DNA of 64,000 nucleotides from Owenia fusiformis (Eukaryota): NCBI GenBank assembly GCA_903813345.2, contig CAIIXF020000001.1, positions 10,540,001 to 10,604,000 of the forward strand, read 5' to 3'. Shown piece by piece: positions 53,801 to 64,000 of this stretch (position 1 is its first letter; each line of letters starts with the position of its first letter). The notes under the pieces were generated by a model. It saw only the letters and a program-made list of their open reading frames with translations, ran no database searches and was not told where the DNA came from. The position numbers and the translations under genes were made by a program.

Positions 53801-55260
53801 ATAGTTTCAAGGATCAATGTACTAAACACTAAACACACTAAACTAGTTCTTACCCGTTCTTGCCAGTGCTACGAAAACGTTGTAAAACAGGCTCAATCTG
53901 GCTGTGGTCGGGAAATATATATGTCTAAAATAATTAGCTTCTTCGTTCATAAACAGTCTTCAATACGTTCAAGTCATTCGCAGTTCGTTCAGGTCGCACC
54001 ACGTCGGTGCGCAACGCCGTATAACGCGTCCCTTAGTCTAGAAGGTCATCATGACCTGATTACAGAACGGTATGGTCGCCATCGAATTTTGACTCATTTC
54101 AAAATTCTAAAATGCACTCTCCCGTCTGAGAAAGTTCATGAAGTTCGTAAATAGACCTTAGAGAGTTGCAGCTACGTTCATTCCGTTCGCACACAGTTTA
54201 AAACCAGTTTTGAAGAACGCAGTGGCAACTCGTTAGGTGTGATAGCTATATTCGTTCATAAGCAGACTTTAAGACGTTCTAAGTCAGTTTAAACCCGTTT
54301 GCAATTAGTTCTACCTCGTTCTCAATACGTCCTCAGACAGTTCAACTCGTTGTAAAAACGTCCCTAGTAGGATTGAAGTACGACGGTTCCGTTCGTAGTA
54401 AGTCCAGCTCGTCGTTAGTACGTTGTCACTCGTTCTAATTGTAGACCACGAGAACATTTTGAGCATGTTCTAAGTTCTAGAAGACCCACCCGTTCGAGTT
54501 CGTTCGATGAAGTTTGTAAATAGAGCCCAAGCGGTTCTAGGTACGTCAAGTCCGTTCGTACACAGTTGAAGCCCGTTTTCAAGAATGTAGTGAGAACTAG
54601 TTTGGTGTGATAGTAGGGTTAAGTAACGATACACTGTACCGTTGTCGTAACAAAGGCTTTATGACTTTGGTGATGGCATAATTGAAAGCTTACATCCCAG
54701 AACCTTGTTATAAACACCAGAGTTACTATCCTATGTTCTATATGCTCAATTGTCGGCACCCATTTTGGAGAAAATCTAGAATTTCCATATAAAACTAACA
54801 GGGCCGTTATGACTTTGGTCATAAAACCGAAATATTCGACTGAATCCTAGACATGGCAACAATAATTTTGGCGGCCATTTTGAAAAAGGTGATAACACCC
54901 AAAAAGCTACACTCGCTACAATCCTATACGTATATACTAATATTATAGGTGCATACCTGGCCAAAATATATTAGTATTATTATTCGAACATAGAACAACT
55001 GTTATTAATATCATGGGCTTTCAAGATGACCTAATTCATGAAAATCCCCATAGTCCGTCATTTTAGGGAACCATATTGTGCCATTTCTTAAAATGGAAAC
55101 AAAATCAGGCAATGAACGAACTGCGGTTGTCTTTGTTTTAGTGTATAATATATTTACTTTATTCAACACATTAACATCTATTTCAGAATTAATAAAGGAG
55201 CTGAATCCATTCATTTTGGAGACAACGACGGCAGGCGTGACAACCAGGACGACAAACTAG
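50875..55260 (+). CDS. Novel secreted microexon-family protein, paralogue F (89 aa)
   Basis: Exons 50875-50976, 51690-51762, 53740-53760 (21 nt), 55187-55260 give 270 nt. MNVKWLMISCLIVAYIMVVEGWKSKYAGTEFKVR/IRFDEAGQVKIKLLGPKNKRQKQK/IYDYIRK/KLIKELNPFILETTTAGVTTRTTN*. Confidence 0.87.
52762..53644 (-). mobile_element. Degenerate Tc1/mariner element
   Basis: Imperfect TIR (CAAATAAATCGTAAAACC / GGTTTTACGATTTATTTG). Minus-strand RFPDLTCCAFSSWAISETK resembles a decayed RSPDLTPCDFFLWGYLK motif. Confidence 0.55.
53833..54618 (-). mobile_element. ~800-bp element, copy 3
   Basis: Reverse complement of 21232-22039; ends AGAACTAGTTTGGTGTGATAGTAGGG. Confidence 0.85.
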
Positions 55261-56660
55261 GTTCCTGGAAATTAGAATAATGTAAAGGAAACATGTAAAA
55301 TACACAATACAATTTTACCTGAACGATTTGTCAATAAATGTTTATAAATATAGGAAGAAATACATCTCATAAATGTGGTGTGGTTATTATAACTCAAACT
55401 ATTGATTAAGAAAAGGCCTCATTATCTTTTAGGGAATTTTACATCAGAATGTTATAACGCCGCGGTATCCAAACTGCGTGCATACTATGCACGCAGTTTG
55501 TAACACTGACAAACTACACGCATGTCGATCAACATTGCATCATACAAGTGTTTTCAAACGACATTTATTCTGCATTGTTTTATAGTTTCATACATCCATT
55601 CGGTGGAGAATATATGATGCTACCATGTGAAAGCGAAAGTTCTGTCTAGATGAACGTAGGTTTTAAAATATAAGCAGATTAATAAAAAAAATGGTCATCT
55701 GTTTTTCGATTACCGACACATTAGTTAGTAGTTAGTAGCCGAGACAACACAAGTCCCAAGTCTGTATATTTACTAAGACGTCTCACTTTTCACAGAAATA
55801 GAAAATACTATATTACTTGCAGCAATCCTGTATCTTTCAGTATATGCAAACAAAAGGGCTGAATAAACTTCAAACTACGACAAAAAGACGCAACACTGTA
55901 TATTTTGAACACGAAAGTTCCTTAGGAACCTTATATTGAGATAATACCAGGAAACAATCGAGTGCTACTTGTAAAGTAAGCCAGTCTCCACATAATAATG
56001 CCCAAAACGGTCCAGTAAGTGAGGCTCTTCCCCGGAAAGGCAATAAACTTTTGGCCATAGGAACTAAAGAACTGAAACTTTCAAGACCGATTGAAAAACA
56101 GAGACAGTATCATAATATTATCATTTTGGGGACACCCTGTACATGTAGTGTCCCCGTTTTATTTGTATACTTGTATATGATATATAGAATCTACGTCAGA
56201 TTAACAAGATGAACTAAGCCTAATAGCTAGGGATTAAATGTCCAATTGTATTTGTCACATATTCATATTTGTTAATCGTTTTCGAGTGATTAATGATTTG
56301 ATATCTTTGTGACGACTGTTTGCGCTGGACAGTATCTGCATTAATACTGATCAATCAAAAACTGCTTTATAATAATTTCAGACTGTATTGGCCTATTTTT
56401 ATTTAAACTCAGGTAAGGGTTGCTATCATTTTACGAGAGGACTAGATTAAACCAACACGAAGATGTTGTATACGTAATATATAAGAATAGGTGATATATG
56501 CAATCAGTAATTGCCTAAAACTAGGATATTGTAATTAATAACATCAGCATCAACGCACAAACTATGGATTAAATACTATTGCATACTTGTGAATATATTG
56601 GAATACTAAACAAAATATTGTGGCTCACTATTTTCAAGCTGCTCACCGAGCCCACATGAA

Positions 56661-59600
56661 ATGATGACCAGTTTGAATAAAATGATGACGACACAACTTT
56701 TGGTGGTGACCTTGTGCCTTCTTGTGCTGATGTCATTTATCTCAGCGTCGCCAAGATTTGGAGATTCAAGATCCGGAGTGAAGAGTGACAGGAGGAGAGG
56801 TGGCAGATTGACAAATCCAAAACCAGCCCCCTTCAAGGGGGGAACACAGAGCAGTGGATTGAGAATGAGTGTAATTCAAAAATAATGTAACTCAGCAAAC
56901 TGAGATAAAAGTTATGATTTCCCAAAGTTTCGTTCCACAAAAATAGCACATTATCCCTTATAAAAATTAAATGTAAGCTTAATGTTGATTTTAGATAGCT
57001 TTCGCATAACAGGGAATAGTTTGAAAAATGTAATTGATTATTCATTTTCCTCAAATGAATTTCATGAATAGAAATACATTGAAAATGACTTTTTTTTAAT
57101 TTCTTTTATAAATGATGGTGTTTATATTTATGAAATAATTATGCAGTGAAAAATACGAATAATCGAAATGAAAGACTAAATCACTAGTATCTGTAAAATG
57201 GGACAAAAATCATATTTCCATGAAATAATTGTTGAAATATTGTTACTTTTACTAAATCTAATAATAAGATGAGAAACCAACGTTTTAACATTTGATTTTA
57301 TAAATCACTGGTGATCCGCTCGATTACGCTGGTTACCGAAACGGTTCGTTTCGGTAACAAAATGTCGGAACGCCGAAGGTACGATTTTTCTTTTTTCCTT
57401 ATTTCACGCGTCGTAGGCAGAATCCCCACGACATTTTTTCTCACAAACGTATTTCAGTATCATATGTTTTAGAAAATGTGCATGTTTGCGAAAAAATAGC
57501 TCAGAATACAACACAATTGTCGATTTAATTCCTCACTTAAGTTACATAAACGGTAGGGGTTAAAAGTGCAGATCTTAACTGTTTTTCGAAATGCCGTTTA
57601 TGTAACTTAAGTGAGAAATTAAATCGACGATTCAGTTGTCCTCTGAACTATTTGTTCGCAAATGTGTACATTTTCTTAAACAAATGATACTGATACACTT
57701 TTGTGATAAAAATGTCGTGGGAATTCTGCCTACAACGTGTTGAATAAGGAAAATAGAAAATCGTACCTTCGACGTTCCAATATTTTGTTTCCGAAACGGT
57801 TCCAGCGTAATCGAGTGGATCACCAGTGTAACTGTTAAACATGATTTCTTTTCGGCTGTCACACGATTAACAAAAGAGGGTATTACATTTTTGATGTTCA
57901 AAACAAGGCTAACTCATCTATAAAAGTACTGTAACCATCACAGGAGAATATCAACTACTATCTGGTTGTCATATTTCCCATTTTGTGATTGGTTGAGCAA
58001 GCATCACGTGACAAAAATGTCTGGAGTATTCTTTCCTGAGGCCCGGGTATACAGTCATTAATAAAAAATCAGTCTTATTCTTATCAATAAAAACCAGTCT
58101 TATTCTTATTCAATGTAAGTAATATAGTAATATACATGTATACACCACACATTACCAACTCAGTACACTAGGGGACTTTTTAAACATTTTAAACATATTC
58201 CTGGGCCTCAGATTCTTTCCATTTGATGCTTACTGTTTATTGGTTATAAGTGAGCCTCGTTTTGAAGAGCGTACATTGTCTTACCTCCGCTTGAAGCACG
58301 AACTCCAATGCAGTGTCTCGGTATAGACACTGCGGCGGGCAGACGAAGCAAATCCCCAAAATTTGGGGAAAATAGTTCCCCTTTTCATCGCATATGTGGT
58401 CAATTTTCACACAACTTATAAAATATGTATTCATGAATGTTCCCAAACATTATTTTGTCAAAATATTTCAAAATTATTGAAAAATGAGAAGAAATCACCG
58501 CGGAAGGAATTCTGAGTAAAAGTTTTGTTGATAATAGTTTACCGCACGTGTTGTTTATTAGTTAACCAATGAAATTGTCTAAATACAATCACGCGACCTG
58601 CACATGGGACTAGAACCAATCACGTCAGTTATTTATTACGAAGTTACCATGCTTACGGTGAGATACCTGCCCGCCGCAGTGATATATCACTGCACGAGAG
58701 TTCGCTTGAAGCAGTCTGCGCCAGGTTCGGGATTACTCCACAGAGGGTGCTAGTGACTGAAAAGGTAGAAGACAAAAAATTAAAATTGAGATGTTGGTTG
58801 ACTGAAATCAAGATTTATCAGTGCACTCGCCAGTGAAAATGTAGATTTTATATTTCATTTTGTTTATCTTTTGTGTATATAATTTTACAAAAAGTATTAC
58901 GAAATGATTCGGCTCACTTCAAATATTTGACTTTTTGTGATGGTGATCTTGAGTTTTTAAAATTCGGAAAGATGGCGCAAAAAGCGGTCACATCTTTTTT
59001 CTCAATGGGTGATCTATGCAATTTTTTTATTTGATTGGGGACGTATGGAGATTCCCCGTGGTATGTGGGGTTATCGGGGGGGGGGGGGGTTCACTCCAAT
59101 ATACTTCTTAATACTTATGTGCCGCCCCAAAGACCCCCTTTTTGAGCATTTTTCCCATGTCAATTTCCTCTCAAAATTGAAGGTTTCGATGTTTAATTCC
59201 TCTGAGACTTATAATTGACAAAAAAATCAACTTTTCCAGTGTTTTGTTCTAAAAAATCAACTTTTCCAGTGTTTTGTTCCAGGCTTCAACAACTAATTAG
59301 ACTATTTAATACATTTTTCTTTAGAAAAACTGAATATTGACTTAAAAAGGGTACTTTTTTAGAAAATTTTACATGTTTTTTTCCTCTCAGATTGGCCAAT
59401 TTCCATGTTTTATGCTCAAAGCCAAAATTGGCTATGCTTCACATACCTACCCAAATTATTTGGAGTGAACCCCCCGGGAGGGTTATGTAGCGAAAATCCT
59501 AGTTTTTTCATAATCAATCCAAAGATTTCAATTTGTTTCCCATTGGATTGCATTTTGTCTGTGGAATTGTCCCTTCACTGCTTTGGCTCGGTTTATTTTT

Positions 59601-62600
59601 GACTCGCATGCGCATACATTCGGATTTTTTTCAAATTCAGATTGAATTAAAGGAGGATTGGTAGCCAGAATGCAACTTCGATATCCTCCACAAAGCTAGT
59701 AGCGCCAGTCCTGGAGTCTGTATTTCTCACTTCAAAATTTGAATCGCAAGTTTTGGTCTTGTTTCCAAATAAAAATTCAAAACACACAAAAAGTGATCAA
59801 GATCATTAGTGGGTTAGTCAATGTTCATTAGTTTAAATATTTCCAATGCTTATTGTGAATTCATAGCCAGGTAAATGTCAGACAATAATGACGCCAGCTT
59901 TGTTGGAAAATATCTTCATTCTCCTACAGCCGTAAAAATATACAGGCACGATCAGCATTTTCGCATCATTTGGAGATTAAAGAATATCGAGTTGGAACTC
60001 TGGCTTCCAAAAAGTTCCAATCCTCCTTGTTGGATTGCGTTCCAATATATGATCCTACGAGAGAACTCCCCTACCCATTTAGGCATTCTGATATTAAATC
60101 ATTACATGCCGATAAAGTAAATGTAATTACATGCCTTGTTATATACTTAATTTATCAGCCCGAGAATAAAATATTTTCGAGAAGTTGTCGGCATGACATA
60201 CAGTAGTACAAGCGAATCTAAAATAGAAAACCGGTAAAAGGAAAAAAGTCAATTTTTGCGCATTCTCAAAAAACGAAATGGCGATCCTGGGGGCAGATTG
60301 TTCCAACTCCTACTGTCCTACATTCCGTTTTAAGTATCCCTCCTCCAAGACGAGCGTGACCCTTTAATTAATTATGCCTGAATTAATTACACGAGCCTCG
60401 TTCTCAAATCTCAAGAGTAGATATTTCCTTCAATTCTATTTTTGAATTTTCCTTCTCCCTTGTTGGAATGTTCAGAATGTGAAATATAAGGCGAATAATA
60501 ATACAGATATTTTGATCAATTTTCAGGACACTATTTACTTGTTTCACTCTAAAAACTAATCATGAAAGATGCATCTAGATATTTTCTTCAAGAGAACGAA
60601 CTATTTGAATAGTGTTTCGTGATGTGATGAGTGTTCGACCAAAAATAACAAACATCACAGTAAAATAATGATGATGAATCGTTTCATGACAGGAAGAATC
60701 AAATGAGATGTACTCAAGAGGAGACCACTTCATATAATGAATAATGTATATTTTATTGTTGCAGGGGAAGATAAAGGATGGAAATTTCATCGTTAAATTA
60801 GCCGGACAAAAACCTGTGGGTGGGTGTCCAACTTTTTTATGACAAAATATGTTTTCACTGAAGCAAGCATCAGGCATACACTCCCCTCCATGAGTTTGGC
60901 AACATTTGCTCCCCCATTGAACTACGTGTTAAAGCCTCTTTACGTTTGAATTTTTATTTATTTACCCTGCGATGAAATTACTTATAATATCAATGGAAAC
61001 GTAACTTGACTTTATTTCCAGTCCCTCCAAATTCTCCCAATTTTTTCCTCAATTACAATAGGTCGAAAATTGATAATAAATTTGATGAATTTTTGAAAAC
61101 AGGAAACTTTGGAGGTATTGGAAATAAAGTCAAGTTACGTTTCCATCAATATTATAAGTATTTTCATCGCAGGTTAAGTTAATAAAAATTCAAACGTAAA
61201 GAGGCTTTAACACGTAGTCTAATGGGGGCGCTAAAGTTGCCAAACTTATGGAGGGGAGTGTATACACATTCATTAGCAGTATTGTAGCTACCTGTGATGA
61301 TTGTAAATTTGCAATAACATTGATAGACGATAGGAAATAAGATATCCAACATATCTATTAATTAAGCACTACATTTTAAAAGTGAATGGTTGTCAAACTT
61401 TACATGACACCCGATTGCTTTAAATAATGGGTTTAAGGACGTTGTTGGATTGCTATTTATTGTTTACAACTATCAGGATTTTATATCTCGTTTATCTAGA
61501 TAATATACAAATATTTCTTCCTAATTTCGCTGAGTACCTGTTCCCGGGACTTGTTCCTGTTCATCTTTCTATGATTCTAGAGACGATTGTGTTCCTGCAG
61601 TCCTAAGGACTAAAGGAACACGCCTCGTAGAATCGTTGAAATTGCGGGAGGTATTCACTGAAAATAGGATGAAACATGATGTTTTTTATTCACTGTTAAA
61701 TTCCCCATTCTCTTATTGGGGATGTCTAATAAGTACAAAGAAAGAAAATTGAATAAAGAATTCAATTCAGATTTAAATTTCACTGCACGATACTCATAAA
61801 TTGGTTTGTAATATTGGACGTAAATCGCTTCAATAGGTGAATTCACAGTGTTGAATATGCATTTTTTGCTATCGTCACCTGTTTGTGTGGTCCCGGTGTG
61901 TGGGTACCCTATTTTTGTCACGTATGGTGTAGACAAATAAGAGAGTGTGGAAAATGACAGTGGTATAGTATGATCATTATAAATATCCTGTATGTAATAT
62001 AATCTTTCTTTTCTTTTCAGTCTTCGATATGGTTAAAAAGAGTAAGTATATGTAATTTGCTTAAATGCTCATTTAAATGGGAAAATATTTGGCAGCATTG
62101 GTGCTGGTAGGGCCAGAATACATGGAAACATATATAGCAGCCACTTACCCTACTATCACACCAAACTAGTTTTCACTACGTTCTCGAAAACGGGCTTCAA
62201 CTGTGTACGAACGGACCGGACGTACTTAAAACCGTTTGGGGTCTATTTACAAACGTCATCGAACGTACTCGAACGGGTAGGTCCTCTAGAACTTAGAACA
62301 TGCTCAAAATGTTCTCATGGTCGATACGTTGGAGCTGGAGCTGGACGCACTGCGAACGGAACCGTCGTACTTCAATCCTACTAGGGACGTTTTAACAACG
62401 AGTTGAACTGTCTGAGGACGTATTGAGAACGAGGTTGAACTAATTGCAAACGGATTGAAACTGATTAAGAACGTATTTAAGACTGTTTATGAACGAGTTA
62501 GCAAAAATATAGCTATCACGCCAAACAAATTTCCACTGCGTTCTTCAAAACTGGTTTTAAACTGTGTGCGAACGGAATGAACGTAACTGCAACTTTCTAA

Positions 62601-63989
62601 GGTCTGTTTACGAACTTCATGAACGTTCTCAGACGGGAATGTGATTTTAGAATTTTGAATCGATTCAAAATTCGATGACGACCACACCGTTCTGTAATCA
62701 GGTCATGATGACCTTCTAGACCAAGGGATCAATTCAACATAAAACACCATCGGAATGTAACATTGAAATTTTGAACCGTGTAATACTTGAGCAAAATAGA
62801 GCCTCCAAGTGCGCTCCTTCGTGATTTTTAAATTACCTCTTCTGCACCAAGGTTCCAATACACCGTTGGAAAGCTGAGAGTGTCAGCTTTAAGAATCCAA
62901 CCTAGTGTTAATTTTGGCCTCTATCTCTACAAGGAAACAAAGGTTTTTCAATCGGATTGTGTCATACTGTTAGAAAATGATTTATCTTTAAAATGATATA
63001 TACTAAGTTTAAGATATATTATATGAATCATTCATCTTTAAATTTGGGTATTGTTTTTGGCCCACCCTGTTTATAGCAAAGTCCAATTGATTGGGAGATT
63101 CAAAGATCAAACTCATTGTTTCAGATCCATGTGCAGTAGGGGAAGTGATTTTAGACAGCCATATGTTGAACCATGAATACTATCTAGGCATAAATACAGT
63201 GATTTTTATTAAAATAATTTGTTTTCTTTTAAGTAAAGTACCCACGATGATAAAAATATCAATCGAACAATTCGAAAATTTATGAATAGGGACCCCATTT
63301 ACTCAAAAGATGATCTTCTTTTTCTGGTTTTTATTGCATGAAAAGATTATTCAACAAGGGGTCTAAAACTTCTTCAAACGTAGAATGGTATCGAAAGTCT
63401 AGTTTTGAAGATATCAATTTCCGATTACCAAAATCGTGCTGAAAACAATGGATAACACGAGTTTTCTCTATGGGAAAATAACATGGGATATGTGTTTTTT
63501 AAGTATAACGGATTTCAATACGCATCCTCTTAAAAGAGACCGACTTGGGCAAGGCTACCTTTTTTCAGAAATCGTTAATATAGTGTAGACGAAACTTTTG
63601 ATATGTTTAAATTGAGAAAAACAAGATCCTCTTTTTAGAAAATGAGCCTAACATTTTTAAAAGTACAATGATGGGGTCCTTACCCATAATTTTTCAGAGA
63701 GTTGGATTGATATTTTACTATCATGGCGACTTTACTTGAAAGAAAACATATTGTTTTTATAAAAAAAAACCTGTATTAATGGCCAGAAAGTACCTATGGT
63801 GAAGGATATGACCGTCTAAAATCACTTGCCATATTGCACATGGACCTTTACGCTTAGATCTTTCACCATGTGTTGTACATAAATGTTGCGTTGCCTAACA
63901 AATGAACAATATGTACAAGATTGTATTGTTTGTTTGCAGAGATTGTAAAACAGACCAACCCATTTCAACTTGTGCCTGAAGAGGATTAA
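56661..63989 (+). CDS. Novel secreted microexon-family protein, paralogue G (111 aa, or 104 aa from the Met at 56682)
   Basis: Exons 56661-56870, 60765-60819, 62021-62041 (21 nt), 63940-63989 give 336 nt. MMTSLNKMMTTQLLVVTLCLLVLMSFISASPRFGDSRSGVKSDRRRGGRLTNPKPAPFKGGTQSSGLRMS/GKIKDGNFIVKLAGQKPV/VFDMVKK/KIVKQTNPFQLVPEED*. Upstream non-coding donor CAG|GTAAG at 56413. Confidence 0.83.
57306..57828. mobile_element. Near-palindromic foldback MITE
   Basis: CACTGGTGATCCGCTCGATTACGCTGG / CCAGCGTAATCGAGTGGATCACCAGTG, with arms of about 240 bp. Confidence 0.8.
58299..58704. mobile_element. Small inverted-repeat element
   Basis: CGAACTCCAATGCAGTG..CACTGCGGCGGGCAG / CTGCCCGCCGCAGTG..CACTGCACGAGAGTTCG. 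Confidence 0.55.
60879..61260. mobile_element. TA-flanked palindromic MITE (partial copy at about 43195-43352)
   Basis: TA|CACTCCCCTCCATGAGTTTGGCAAC...GTTGCCAAACTTATGGAGGGGAGTG|TA, with arms of about 150 bp. Confidence 0.82.
62148..62728 (+). mobile_element. ~800-bp element, copy 4 (3'-truncated)
   Basis: Begins CCCTACTATCACACCAAACTAGTT and follows copy 1 until ...ACCTTCTAGACCAAGGGA. Confidence 0.85.
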
Positions 63990-64000
63990 ACAACAACGCT

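Noticed and set aside
59641-59665. Candidate exon 2 for paralogue G (TTCAG|ATTGAATTAAAGGAGGAT)
   Set aside because: TAG stop after 7 codons in the required frame. 60765-60819 fits instead.

Overview
AT-rich eukaryotic (animal, probably marine invertebrate/lophotrochozoan; inferred only) genomic DNA, dense in MITE-like inverted-repeat elements. The ORF track misses almost all real genes because they are split into small exons. Reading GT-AG splice sites and exon phases by hand gives four main items. (1) A head-to-head pair of secreted multi-EF-hand genes: minus copy 4127->2259, running off the window; plus copy 5616-9270, 9 exons, 255 aa. (2) A tandem array of SEVEN co-oriented paralogues (A-G, 13572-63989) of a small secreted protein family that I do not recognise, with no Cys in the mature region. 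All share one architecture: signal-peptide exon (phase 0) / 55-73-nt 'beta-hairpin-like' exon (phase 1) / invariant 21-nt microexon x-[FYW]-[DN]-x-x-x-[KR] / exon with K-x-[IV]-x-x-x-x-P-F-x-[LIF]. Tails are highly divergent (poly-Glu, poly-Lys or Thr-rich). (3) An intronless, twice-frameshifted GT7 beta-1,4-GalNAc/Gal-transferase nested in an intron of paralogue A. (4) A 5'-truncated, internally deleted LINE inserted in a Tc1/mariner-derived element, a three-level nested transposon stack, four copies of an ~800-bp element, and minisatellites. Gene models are manual and need RNA-seq confirmation.
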